DNA of 63,794 nucleotides, the filler included, from Reticulomyxa filosa (taxonomy: Eukaryota > Protista > Foraminifera), in NCBI GenBank assembly GCA_000512085.1. It is 17 parts of 17 records of this genome, joined end to end, with 100 filler letters (N's around TTAATTAATTAA, not from the genome) between each part and the next. Parts side by side here need not be neighbours in the genome. Positions count along the whole stretch, not along the records: positions 32,889 to 40,648 come from ASPP01026509.1; positions 40,749 to 42,924 come from ASPP01004142.1; positions 43,025 to 44,113 come from ASPP01004315.1; positions 44,214 to 49,450 come from ASPP01018611.1; 13 more parts are not named here. The stretch is one strand, 5' to 3'. The notes beneath the pieces were generated by a model. The model searched no databases, was not told the origin of the DNA, and saw only the letters and a list, made by a program, of their open reading frames with translations. A program made the translations under genes and the position numbers. Below are positions 34,887-47,534 of the stretch, piece by piece (position 1 is the first letter of the stretch; every line of letters starts with the position of its first letter).

Positions 34887-36098
34887 ATGAGCAATCAAAT
34901 CTTTCAAACTTTGAAGGAGTTGCCCACTCCACTTGAAGAATCTCAATGTGTTCTACACAAACACAAAATCCTCATTTGTGGAGGTATTAATCAAAGAGCA
35001 TGTTATTCTTATCACATACTCAAAAACGAATACAAGTTTATCTGTGATTATCCAAGTGACGTTATATTAAATGGACACTGTGTGGTGAAACTGATAGATA
35101 ACAAAAAAGACAGAAATCAAATTACTTTGTTATCTTTTGGTGGAAGTTATAAGCATACATTGGTGATGAAATATATAAGTGTTTGGAGTAATATATCAAG
35201 CAAATTAAACAAGTCAAATGAATTTAACAATTACAATCAATGGATTCCTTTCAAAGACAATCACAATCACCCAATTATCATTGGAAGAGATCAAGATGAT
35301 TATAATGGAGTACGTGCAGTGATTGGTGGAAGCAATAATCATTTATTATTTATCACTTATTATGAAAATAATATTAGTGTATTTAATTTGAATACATTTC
35401 AATTTATTAAAGATGATACTTTACCAACTGATAATTGGGTACAATTTCATTGCTTTGTATCAAATTCAGTAGATGGACAAGGACAAGAAATAATGAAAAC
35501 AAATAAAGAAAAAAATAAACAAAATAATAAAATGCTGTTGTTTAGAGAGGATACAGGATTATCAATTGAATATGATGAAAATAACAACATTTTTCAATTT
35601 CATCTACTACCTGTTTGTGATGATATTGCACAATTCTATTCATATGCCTATGTTTGTATCAATGATATCGTCTTGTTCTTTGGTGGATGGGATGGTACAT
35701 TTGATAATACTGTTATTTCAAAATCGGTGCACAAGTATTCAATTCGAGAAAACAATGGATAACATTTCAAAATACTTTACCCATTCTATCATTTGGATGT
35801 GTTGCAATATGGAGTGAAGACAACAATGATATACACATCATTGGAGGACTAAATGATCAATGTACAGCAGTATCGACTCACATGAAGACTAATGTGCGTG
35901 TATGGGATCCTTCACAATTGGTAACGATTTGTCTGTTTATTTACTTTAATCAAACGCAAATAATTATATTACATGAATAATAAATAATAGTCAAAAAATG
36001 AAATAAAATGTATTATTCAATATTGGGTTTTAACATTTCAAATAAAATTGGGATGGATCGATGATTTTGATAAAATTATTATGAAATATAGTATATGA
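34887..36098 (+). CDS. Kelch-type beta-propeller family protein (frameshift at ~35755; possibly a pseudogene); intron ~35921-35990
   Basis: FQTLKELPTPLEESQCVLHKHKILICGG, RAVIGGSNNHLLFI, LFFGGW, IHIIGG, STHMKT; last exon IIQYW..IKLGWIDDFDKIIMKY. Confidence 0.8.
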
Positions 36099-37201
36099 AA
36101 TATAGTATGAAATAAATTTTGAAGAAGCAAAATTAAAATATCTGTTAATCATTCTATCTTTAAATATGATTTTCATTTTCATTTTATTTCATTCTGTGAA
36201 TGTTTTTTATAATTAATATTATCTGTAATAAATAATCTTTACCAAAGATTTTAGTATTTATGCATTGAATGCAAAGTATATAACAACAATTAAAATAAAA
36301 AATAAAGAACACAAACATTTTATTAATCTTATTTTATCGTTGACTTCATCGCAATAAAGGCCTGATGCTGATTTTGCAAAACCAAGGTCGCATTCACGAC
36401 AAACAGCAAATATCCAAGATGATCTAAGGCCCAATCCATGCATGATCTTCGAAAATTAAAAAAATGCTTTCCAAAGTTTAAAAAAACATCTTGTTATTGA
36501 TTGAGTATTAGACGTTAAATTATCCAAAAACAGCAAATTGAACTTTTCAAACAAAGAAATAACAATATGAATAAATCTTATATTTGTTGATATCTCATTC
36601 AACTCAAAAAAGATATACTACAGTACTATGAAAAATTAACTATTAAAACATTACATTAATTTAAGTGATATTCCTATTCTTATGTAGAGTTTGTAAGATT
36701 TAAATACTCGAAGTAAAAATGTGAATAATAATGTAAAAGATATTATAATTTATTTTAAAAAATGATTCTTTTTATAAGATAATTAGCTTATATATTTGAG
36801 CCATATTCTACACATAAAATTCCATACTTATGTTGAAAATAATGAATTCACTATCTGCATAAATATCCTAGTAAATGGTGAAATGTCAATGCAAATAACC
36901 AAAAAAAGCAGTGCATATACATTTTTTCTCCCCTACATTGGACACAAATAGCCAATGTTAACTATATCTAACTTTTTTCTATTAGTATGTCATATTCTGC
37001 AGCCATATCTTTGCGGAGTTCGAATTTTTGTCTCTGCTGGTCGTGTATGTGTTTTATGTACTGTTTACAGTGGATTTTTTTTGCGAGACAGTGACATGAA
37101 GAAAAAAGAAAAGTAAAGAATGGCGATGCAAATGTAAGTCGTATCTATTTTATAAATGAACGTATATAATCTCCAATTCCGTATAAAAGAAAACTTATAG
37201 C

Positions 37202-37347
37202 CTCGTGAAGACTTTGACCAGCAAAACAATAACATTAGACATTTAGCCCAAAACACGATCCAAAGTGTCAATACAAAGATTCAAGACAATGAAGGCATTC
37301 CACCAGAGCGATAATGATTAATCTTTGCTAGGTTGGAAGATGGAAGT
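37202..37347 (+). pseudogene. Ubiquitin pseudogene
   Basis: VKTLTSKTITLDI*..TIQSVNTKIQDNEGIPPER**LIFA..LEDG versus ubiquitin [49 protein letters not shown]. Confidence 0.9.
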
Positions 37348-38014
37348 AAAGCTTTCAAGATTGCATTCAATAACTTTTATGTGATCGCAATGAGTCTAAT
37401 TGATCATCTTTGATATAGAGTACAATGTATTCTATGTAACCATAGCTTTATAAGTCAGAATTGTATCTTTTTGCAAACATTATCATCATTGCTAAACATA
37501 GCTTCATATCAAACATAGTCTTAATAGATTATACAAAGATAGATTAATAAAAACTTGTTAATTATGACTTTACAAGTATTAATAAGACTTTTTCAATAAT
37601 CAACGTTGTTATTGGCTTACTCAACTAATAAATAAATATCAAGCCATCTTTAGACTTCCAGTTACATCAAAGTCATTATACTTCATTTGCAATCGAGAAA
37701 TAGTCATAAATGTGTTTTGAGTTGTCGTACAACAATGCATCAGCATCATCAAAGAATAAGTCAATATTATATATATGTTTTTGATCGTATTAATATACAT
37801 ACTAATGTTGTTCATGTTTGTTTAACTTTTTGGACTTGCAATGTTTCAGTATGTTAAGTTTAATAATAATATATTGTAATATATTCACACTAACAAAGTT
37901 AGATCAATTTAATATTGTTGTCATTTCGATTTATTCACTTTCATTTGTAATTGTTCAATAAATTTCTGTATTTATATAACACGTAAATTTCATAGTAAAA
38001 AAAAAAATATATAA

Positions 38015-38113
38015 TGGTCCAGGTAGGAGTCGAACCTACTACTAAATCGCTACTAAGGTCACATAATAACTAAAATCACTTAAATTAACATTGTTGCACA
38101 TGTGCTCCGGATC
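38015..38113 (-). tRNA. tRNA-like sequence/pseudo-tRNA (intact T-arm and acceptor 3' half; D and anticodon arms not resolvable)
   Basis: GTAGG-TTCGACT-CCTAC T-arm (B box) followed by CTGGACC-A. 5' GATCCGG pairs 6/7 with it; an oligo-T run lies just downstream (Pol III terminator-like). Confidence 0.5.
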
Positions 38114-38597
38114 ACACACACATCAGTATTAATCTATTGATCTTTCCATTAGTTTCTCTTAGCTTCCTCAAGCTAGACCGAGTTATTTTTATTATTTAAT
38201 ATATATCAAACTAGGGGACTATATCAAATTTCTTTATCAATCATTTTTTTATGTTAAAATAATATTTTTCGTCATTTATAACTCTGTTATAGTCAACATT
38301 ATTTATTTGTAAGTTAAGTATTTCTAAAAAATATTTCTTCAATATCGTTACCTCACAAGAAAAAAATAAAATTTTTTTTAGTTACGAAAGTATTGGTAAT
38401 TTCGATTCTATTTTTAAAAATAATGAAATAGAAAAATTACAATTGAAAACTGCAAAAACAGGTTCTAAGTGACAATGTAAAACGTACAACTAGATTCTTC
38501 TTCAATTAAATATTTTGCAAAATTACAAAAATAGTGAAAGAATAATTAAAAAAGTACTTGTGGCAGTAAAGATGAAATTGCAATCTAACATGTTGGA

Positions 38598-39757
38598 TCA
38601 AAGTTTTGCCAAAGGGAAATGATGCCGAACAAGTTTTGAAATGGTGGCAATTGTTTGTGGATTAGTTCTACAGCACCCGCCAATAATTTGTGCACCATGT
38701 TGAACCCACTCTTTGGCAAGCAAAGTAAATTCAGCATCGGACATTTTAGTTCCAGGTATCCATTGACGAGTTTGGTCATCCCATTTTTCGCCTTTATTGG
38801 GATAAGCGATTAACAGCATTCGTTTGGGTTGTCCACGGATTTGAGATTGGATAGTATCCAAAAGTGCAGTTACATAAACGGGATCCAAGCAGTTGATACC
38901 AATGCCAATGCAATATTGCGACTTTAGCAAATAAGGGACGACATCACACAATTTTTCACCACTGCAAAGTTCGGAATCATTTCGGCAACACATAGAAATC
39001 CATCCATAACATTGTAACTCATCCAAGCAAGCACACATGGCAAGTATTTCAATTTGCAAAGGTACCGTTTCACAAGCAATGACAATATCATTACCACGCT
39101 TCGCACGGAGAAGTGCCTGCATTCGAGGCTTATGAAAGGCCTTCAAGAAATCAAACTTGCTTTCCTCTGTGATATCATATATCCCTGTATATTCACTTCC
39201 ATCGTGCAATGTTGCTCCATAGCAGCCCACACTTCCTGCTATTATCACTTCTTTGCTATGTTTGTTGCCTTCTTTTCCAAAGTGATCTATTGCCTTTTGC
39301 GCTAGTTCGACTGATTCACTTATTTTGGCATAGCCTTCTTTTTCGCTGAGGCCAAACTTTATGTTACAGCCAACACACAATTGAAGAGTTTTTTTTTTGC
39401 TTTGGAAATATTTAATCCGTTTTTGCGGGAGGAAAAAAAAAAACTTTTGCAAAGCCTCGACAATTGGCTTGATATGAACTTGTTATGATTACGTCAGCAC
39501 CTACTCTCAGATAGTCTAAGTGCGCTTGGACAATGGCGTCAGGATTGGTCAACAATAATTTTGAGGCCCACAAGGAACCACTTATGTCAAAACCTTTTTC
39601 TTCCAAATGTGTTGCCAACCCTTGCCAAACAATCGCACACTACGCTAAGTTTTCTCGATTTTGAACAAACAAAAGAACAAAAACAAGTCTTGCCTCCATC
39701 TAAAAGTAAAAAATTTTTCTTCTTTTGCTCTAATAATTTAGAAAGGGGATCCGACAT
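38598..39757 (-). CDS. mmuM: Homocysteine S-methyltransferase (MmuM/Sam4 family), 2 introns
   Basis: LLDGG|LATHLE, LWAS..L, AHLDYLRVGADVIITSSYQA, AGSVGCYGATLHDGSEYTG, ACETVP, GINC, YPNKGEKWD, IIGGCCRT zinc ligands. Confidence 0.95.
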
Positions 39758-40280
39758 CTTTTTTTTTAAACAGACTTTTTAGTGTTCCGGCATGTTTTAA
39801 GTTCAAAACTAAAAAATAATAACAATAATGATTGAATAGATTACTGCTTGGAATATGTAGGGAGAGTGAGAAATACTATATTCTTGTTGTTAATTATTCT
39901 TTATTTAACTCATTTTTATTTTATTGGAAACTGCTCTCAATAAAGCATCTGTCGTATTATACTTACAACTTCTGTACCTGAACTTTCCACAATACATACC
40001 ATGTTTTAGAACATATAATTTAATATTGTGTAATCTAGCACCATTCACAAAAAAAAGCACAGTCCCAAAACGCTGAAAAGGATAAAACAAGAATAATGTG
40101 CATGACCAGTCAAAAAAAATGGATCCATTTTTGATTATTGCATGAGTTTGTCTTGATGATTCGCGTCGCACAAGGTTTCCTTGTAACAGCAAGATCTTTA
40201 AAAAAAGTCTTCCTGATTCAAGGAGGAGGGGAAGGTGCGAATTGAGAGACATTATCAATTAGAAAGAATATATTTTCAAG

Positions 40281-40550
40281 ATGCTTTCCTCACGTCGACG
40301 AAATCCAAGCTTGGATAATGAGAGGTTAGCCCACAAAAACAAAGTGTCATCTTCCAGCCCTGCAGGTGTTTCGCCCACTCACGGCATGGGTTTTCGGTTG
40401 TTACTGTTTCTTTTGTTCGTCGGCGTATCGTTGATGTTCATTGCAGTAATGAGCACAATCGTAGTTCCAGGGCCATCATCGCCACCAACTAATTTTGCAC
40501 AGAGCAACAGTATTATAAGAAAAGCTATATTAACTGCAAAAGAACACAAG
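40281..40550 (+). CDS. First exon of a type II-like membrane protein (truncated)
   Basis: Basic N-terminus, then hydrophobic LLLFLLFVGVSLMFIAVMSTIVV; GTAAGT donor at ~40551. Confidence 0.5.
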
Positions 40551-40748
40551 GTAAGTTTTTTAAAAAAAAAAGTGAACGAAGGCAAGGGAAAGGAAAGAAA
40601 AATAATGAGCCACAATGAACTTTTTTTTTTTTGGGGGGGGGGGGGGGGNNNNNNNNNNNNNNNNNNNNNNNNNNNNNNNNNNNNNNNNNNNNTTAATTAA
40701 TTAANNNNNNNNNNNNNNNNNNNNNNNNNNNNNNNNNNNNNNNNNNNN

Positions 40749-41218
40749 AAAAACGTGAAAATGATAAATTGGTGCATGATATCAAAATTCGTGACGAACG
40801 TGTAAAATTGTTGCAAGATCAAATCGGCTTGTTGAATATGTGGAAAGTTGATTCCAATGAAAAGAAGCTACAAGACGATGGGATAGGGTCACTCAATATG
40901 CCACAGTCCTATCGGATTCCTCGACAAAAGTCAAGACTAAGCAAAAATTCTCCAGTTGAACCTCAATCTCTTGGCACTCCCGACACTCCACTTTCCAAAA
41001 AACAAGTGATTCCGGTGATAACAAGCCTCTCCAACCACACACTGCTCATCCAAATTCTCGATACCACACAAAATTGAAACCTAGACAATCAAATAGTGGC
41101 AAGTCCTTGGAAATTGAAATGGAAGGCAAAAAAACAATCATCTTTCAATAATGAAAATTTTGAGGATGATATCGGTCAATGTGGCAACGTCGATGCCGAA
41201 ATGACTGACATGGCATAA
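40749..41218 (+). CDS. C-terminal fragment of coiled-coil/low-complexity protein
   Basis: Open frame from contig start (DIKIRDERVKLLQDQI...) with S/P-rich tail; probable frameshift. Confidence 0.35.
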
Positions 41219-43471
41219 CCTTTGTCAAGTGTTGTCATTTGTTACATACTTGATCCATATGTTCTATTAAATTTCTTTTATTCTTGTCTGTTTGTGTTTC
41301 TTGGTCTAATCACATTTAATTTTGTTTTTTTAACTTTTATTTAACAACATTATTTAAATCTCTAAACTAAATTTTGTAGCAACTCATTAGTTCTTATCGA
41401 AAACAGGAGCATTTTACAATAAATACGTATGCCATCGTACAATTTATACGATATTTCTGAACAGTTCAGGCACTGTGCTCGTTTGTGAGGACTGGAATTC
41501 ATTGCAGGTGGCAATATACAAATATGGAATTTTGTTCTCTTTTGTTGTTTAGAGTTAATTCCAAGAAAATAAAAAAACAATAACCGATTAAATCTTTTTT
41601 TTTTTAATGCTAAATTCTGTGAATATTGAAAAACAAAAAATTACACAAATATTACGTCTCATGAGGAATAGTGAGGAGACTAAGTGTAATACGAAAGGAA
41701 ACTTAGTTCTGAAAAGCAATTTCAGTAAAAAGAAAGTAAATTAACGAAAGCAATTGCAACACAATGAAAGGAAACAACTAAAGAACAGACAAAGTGAGTT
41801 GTGTTGTTAAGAAGGTTTAACCCACAGTTCCTTTATTTGAACTTGTATAATAGGGCTTTATCCTACACTCAGTAAAAGAATTTCGGTTTTTAGTTTTTAA
41901 TTATCTTCAAAATATAAAATAACTCCCAAATATGAACCGTAGTGAATTACTCTGTAATATTGAAAAGGTTCAAAGATGGACCATACAGTTAATTTCAAGA
42001 AAATTTTTAACTATCAAATTATTGGGCTTAAAATTGACTCTAAATAAAACAAACAAAGCACAAAAGTAGGAAAAAAATTTACAATTCTTTTCTATTTTAC
42101 TTTGCTTAATTGCATTGTTATTATTTCTTGTACTTTCAGTAAATATATTTTGGTACTATCCAGACACTCCATCTTTTTTTCTTATTAAAATCGTTGACAC
42201 CAACTTGTTGTGGAAGATTTTTCATCTTTGTTGAGAAGACTTATCCTACACTATTTCAATTTACGGATCTATTCAATAGTTTTATTGATATGTTTTTTAA
42301 GATGAAACTACTTTTGATGATCCAGATTAACAGCATTTTTTCCTATTTTTAATAATTTTGTGTAAAAAATCTGATTGTCTTGATTTCTGAGCAGACACAC
42401 TGTTGCCCATACTGTAGTTATTTGTCCAAAATTATCTTGACTTTAGGATACTTTTCATAGTTACACAAAAAAAGAAAATCCAATGCAATGGATGTAGCAT
42501 CCAAGACAGACCTTTTCTTTTTCTTTTCACATTCAGTTTGTTGTTCACGTCTTGTGTTTACATTGACTCGGTTCTTTTTCGGCAACTGCTGCACTTTTGC
42601 AGAGAAGTACATTGACGAAAGAACTCTTGATAGCGAGCTCCATGTTGCATAAGTTTGGATTGTTAGATTTGAAGAGAGAAGAGCCAAACCACATTTGTAT
42701 TCACAAGAGAACTTTTTCTTTTCCAGAAAAAAACTAGTACTCAAGAAAAAATGAATGACCTTTTTTAAAAAACAATTGTAATTTTCAATTATCTATTGTT
42801 AAGCTGTTTTTGTAATCACAATTATACAAGCAAATGAAATGATATTCAAAAATTTTAACAATTTATTTGCATTCATTTGCTTTTTCACATTTTTTCGTCA
42901 AAATATTCCAAAAAATTTCAACTTNNNNNNNNNNNNNNNNNNNNNNNNNNNNNNNNNNNNNNNNNNNNTTAATTAATTAANNNNNNNNNNNNNNNNNNNN
43001 NNNNNNNNNNNNNNNNNNNNNNNNTTTTTTTTTTTTGAATTTGGAGAAAGAGACAAGACAGAGGGAGAGGAAGAGGGGAGGAGGAGGGGAGAAGAGTGCG
43101 TGGCAGTTTGGTATTTTTTGCTATTGTTCCATGTGGGTTTGCCTCAACTTATTTTCTTTTTGTGGTTATTTTAACTCTTGGACTTCAATACTCTTGCAAA
43201 TTTCTTCGTGTATTTGCGTTTTTTTTTTTTACGATTATCATTATTATTGATTTAGTAGACATTTACTGATTTCGAAAGCTATAAAAGTGTCGTTAAAAAT
43301 CGATGACCGAATTTTGAAAAAACCAAACATGAAACCAAAACAAAAAAATTTGATTGCTATTACAACTCAAAAAAAAGCAAAGAGTTTTCTGAAAGGAGAA
43401 GAGAGAGAAAAAGGGGGGAGGAAATGCGTTTACTTTTCAACAATGAAATTGTACAAAAACAAACAAACAAG

Positions 43472-44113
43472 CTACTTTAAAGGTTTGGGAACAAAGATCT
43501 GAAGAACGCCTTTGGCACTACCAGCAACAAAAATTCCAGGTGCGAAAGGATAGTCATGCAAGCAAGAAAGACAAAGAATATCAAAGCATTGAAAATTGGA
43601 CTCAATGTCAAAGGCCCTGAAGTTGTGGCCAACAAAATCTAAAATGATGTTGGTCAACTGTCGCACCAAATCGGATTCAGGATGAAGTGAGAAAAGGTCA
43701 TCATTTAAGGTAATGAAATGGACTAAAGTTTGGGAGTACTGTTCGATGGACGTCAATGACAGTAGTTGCGTGCCAAAGATGTTGCCTTCATTCGACCCTG
43801 TGATGAAGCAGTCTTGGCTGAGCCAACACGACGACTTGATAAACGGCACGTAGTCCGTGCCGGCGAGCAACCGAACACTTTTGTGTAGCAACTCAAACGT
43901 ATTGGTCGCCGAGTTCACGCGAAAGATGTGATGCACACAAGCATTGTCGACCGTTGCAAGATACTCGCCATTGGGTGAAAGCGACACTGTGGTAAACTCA
44001 TTGTGCATATTCGCACAAGCTATTTTTTGGATCAACTCATAGTCATAAGTTGGCGTTTTGATTGTTTCCAATTTATTATTATTGTTATTATTATTATTGT
44101 TATTATTATTATT
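43472..44113 (-). CDS. WD40-like beta-propeller protein, C-terminal fragment
   Basis: HNEFTTVSLSPNGEYLATVD, CFITGSNEGNIF, FVAGSAKGVLQIF. Confidence 0.55.
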   Translation of the reverse strand, partial: NNNNNNNNNNNNNKLETIKTPTYDYELIQKIACANMHNEFTTVSLSPNGEYLATVDNACVHHIFRVNSATNTFELLHKSVRLLAGTDYVPFIKSSCWLSQDCFITGSNEGNIFGTQLLSLTSIEQYSQTLVHFITLNDDLFSLHPESDLVRQLTNIILDFVGHNFRAFDIESNFQCFDILCLSCLHDYPFAPGIFVAGSAKGVLQIFVPKPLK

Positions 44114-44213
44114 NNNNNNNNNNNNNNNNNNNNNNNNNNNNNNNNNNNNNNNNNNNNTTAATTAATTAANNNNNNNNNNNNNNNNNNNNNNNNNNNNNNN
44201 NNNNNNNNNNNNN

Positions 44214-44252
<39 letters not shown>

Positions 44253-45938
44253 TTAAAAAAAAAAAAAATTCATAACAATGTCTTAATTGTTAACTTAAAA
44301 CTAATAGTCACTTGACATTTTATTTCGAATGCAACCAATTCAATTTTTAGCTGCTATCCATTTGTCAATTGATATTAAATGATCGACTTGTTGTCCATTT
44401 CGTTGACATAGCAACAACATCGGACATCGGACATAAAAACGAATTTGTCTTATAAGCAAATCAAGTCCAAATGGCCGTAACCCAAAATAAAGGCAACATA
44501 CGTAAAAATATTAATAACGTAATTTAAAAAACATTTATTGCAGTCGTCGTAATGACAGTATCCAATTGAATAACAAATTTATTTCTTTTTATCACTGACA
44601 ATATCAATCAGCCAAATATCAGACATTTTTTACTCGTTGGGTGACCTTGACAGTGACGAAAACGATATCATTCAATTTATTACTTCATCACAATCGCTGC
44701 GACTAACAAGATTTCCAATGGCATTATCAATATTTATGGTTAGTGATCTTGTTTGGACTGCGGTGTTTCTGGTCTTCTTCATTTGCTTTGGTATATAATT
44801 ATCACAACATCTTTGTGATCTGTCGAATGAAAGTAACAAACAATAACAACAGCATAAACAATTATTTCATACAAAATATTACTTTTTTCTACTTTAACAG
44901 CCCGTGCAAATTATAGCATCGTAAGGACACGAGTCTGAGCGGACATCGGACTTTAATGATGTCACTCACGTTTCCGCTTGCAGGAATGACTTCGTGCTGC
45001 TGTCTTCCAGTGATTAGTTCCCACATTGAGAAATAAACCAGAAGAAATAATTCTTATAACTTGGCAACAAGAAAAGAAACAAAAAAGTAAAGTGCCGACA
45101 GTAAGTAAAAAAAAAAAGGAGGCTGTTTGGAAAGTTCACTTCTTTTTTTTAAAACTGAGCTAATTTTTTTAATAAGCTTAAAATTTCAAATTTGAATCAA
45201 TTTTTTATTCTTGAGCCGCAAATTCAAAAAAATGTTGAAAACGTGCTACCAGGCCACCTTAACAACCTTCATTGATAAGTTTGTTTTTTTTGCAGTTTGA
45301 GAAATCGCTCTTGCTTTGGTTTCACATAATTCTTAGAAACGTTGTTAAATACCACTTTTTTTAACAAATGCCTTTTATTTTTGTTTGGAATAGATCAACC
45401 AACAAAATAAAAATAGTAATAACAACAAGATGGAGCTTGTTTAGAACTATTTTCTTTTTAACAATACTTTTTACCTCCAATGTTTCAAACATCATTTATT
45501 TCATATCAACATTATTTTATTTTCACTCTGATATGTTTCTCTAATTTTTCATTTTTTTTTAAGACAAGAAAAAATTTAACTTTATTATACATCATTGTTT
45601 GTTACACATGAACAAAAATTTGGAGGGTGGAAAGAGCAAATAAAGGAAAAAAAAGATCTCCCTTTTTTTTTTTGAAAAGTTTATAATTTGTCTTCCACAC
45701 TGATACTCAGTTTTTTTTTTGGAAGCAGACCACGATGTAAAGACAAAAAATTCTTTAAAAAACGGAGGGAATGAAAATGTGTGATATCAGTAGCATTGAA
45801 ATAAACGTTTGCAGTTTTTAAAAAAAGTCCATTTTTACTTCTGATCAACGAAATCTGCCTCTTTTTCTTGAGTCAAAGCGTCGCTTGGATATTTTGTATC
45901 AAAAAGTGTAATGTTTAACTTTTACATCAAAGCTGATT

Positions 45939-47534
45939 ATGAGAAGTGTCAATGATGACATGCTTTTGACTCCAAAAGCATAACAGGGAATGTTTGCGTA
46001 TGCTCGTTTGTACACATGCTCTATAATGGTTCATCAATACAGCTAAAAGAGTGCTTAAGCCATAAGCCGAATGAACTTGCACTCAAGGCAAACACATCAC
46101 ACTTAACCAGTATTGCAATCCCTGACTACAACATACGTCATGGTTTCAAGTCTCAACTCGACCTCTACGGAAAGAATCAAGTTTGAAAGCGCCTTTTTTT
46201 TTTTTACAAAAAGTGCAAAAAACGAAAATACATGAATAAATTGATCAACTCAAAACAAATAATAAGGTCGAATGTTTATTAGCCAAAGAAGTGACCACAG
46301 ATATACATAGCTATCTTTTATCCAAAAAAGAAAGGTGCTACAAGCATGATAAAACAGAGCCTCTGGGAAAAGTGCCCAGTCGAGGCACTGACTTGCCCGA
46401 CTTTACAAAAAGCAAAAATTTTGTGTTCGGTGTCAAAAATGGTATTTCAAAAAACACGACGTTCGAACTGTTTAAGTTTGACTGTGGATCCAAAAATCCG
46501 TTTAAAAAGAAAGAGTGGGAGGGGATGCAACAATTGCATCAGTTGCCAAAATCTGTCGCCAAAGATGTTGAACACGAAATGATCCTAAAAAGTGAGCTAA
46601 TTTGTCCGACTCAAGCAATCAACATTCCGAACTTTTTGACTTTTCTTTTGTTTTTTTCATTCCAGGGCACAATTACGACTGGGAAAATTTAGGTATCGAC
46701 GCAGACAATTTCGCTTTTGGTAAAAGAGTTGGCCAGAGAGATGGCGTCACTTCAACGATCAAATCAATATTACAACACTCTGCAAAGAGTGAGTCATATA
46801 TTATGTCACAGAAATCGTATGTCATCTTTTAACAGTGTTGTTTACACAAAAATAAGTCCTTTTCATGAGCCAAACACATCTTCCTAAAAAAAAAAATAAT
46901 TGCTTGAATGGCATACATCTATTTATGCGTGCAGACAAAGAAAACGGGGACCTGACACTACTGTTTACGGTCGTAAAAGTAATTCTGACAGATATAGATG
47001 CGCGATAAAAGATTGTCTTCAAAACACTAGTGGAACAAAACCGCATACTTTCCGCAAAAAAATATCCCATGAGAAATTCCAAAACAAAACTAGTTATTAA
47101 AATTGTCTTTCTTCTCACAACTTTCTTTGTTTAGTAATTTTTTGAAGCTTTTAAGTTATCAATTTTATGGTAAATGATTTTTAACAGCATTTGGTCCTTT
47201 GCCTCACTCATATAATCGATTTCCTCGTCGCCAACACAGAGACCATTTTTCAAGTTACGGGACTAAGGAAGTCTTAAACCCTTCAAAGTTCTCGAACGTA
47301 GGCATGCGTCCAGATGAATTTACAAAGGAACGTCCTTTTGCCGAGACTGTGGACATACTTACCAAGGCAGGGATTTGTATCAATGACATCAAGAAGCTCC
47401 AAGATTCGTTATCCCAGTTTTGTGCTGTTTTAAACAGACCAAACGAGTGTTTTAAAAAAATTGTTTGTGTGAAAATTAGAAATAAACTACCATGTTCCTT
47501 GCATAATGTGAGAAAACTTGCCAGAGAACAATGA
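45939..47534 (+). CDS. EFHB/FAP21-like ciliary microtubule-inner protein, multi-exon (boundaries approximate)
   Basis: EPLGKVPSRG..LP....FVFG, HNYDW...DADNFAFGK, PDTTVYGRKS...IKDCL, YGTKEVLNPSKFSNVGMRPDEFTKERPFAE follow the EFHB repeat and C-terminal pattern. Confidence 0.55.

Noticed and set aside
44214-45030. Possible small multi-exon gene on the minus strand
   Set aside because: Splice-like signals are present, but frames contain stops and no family is recognisable.
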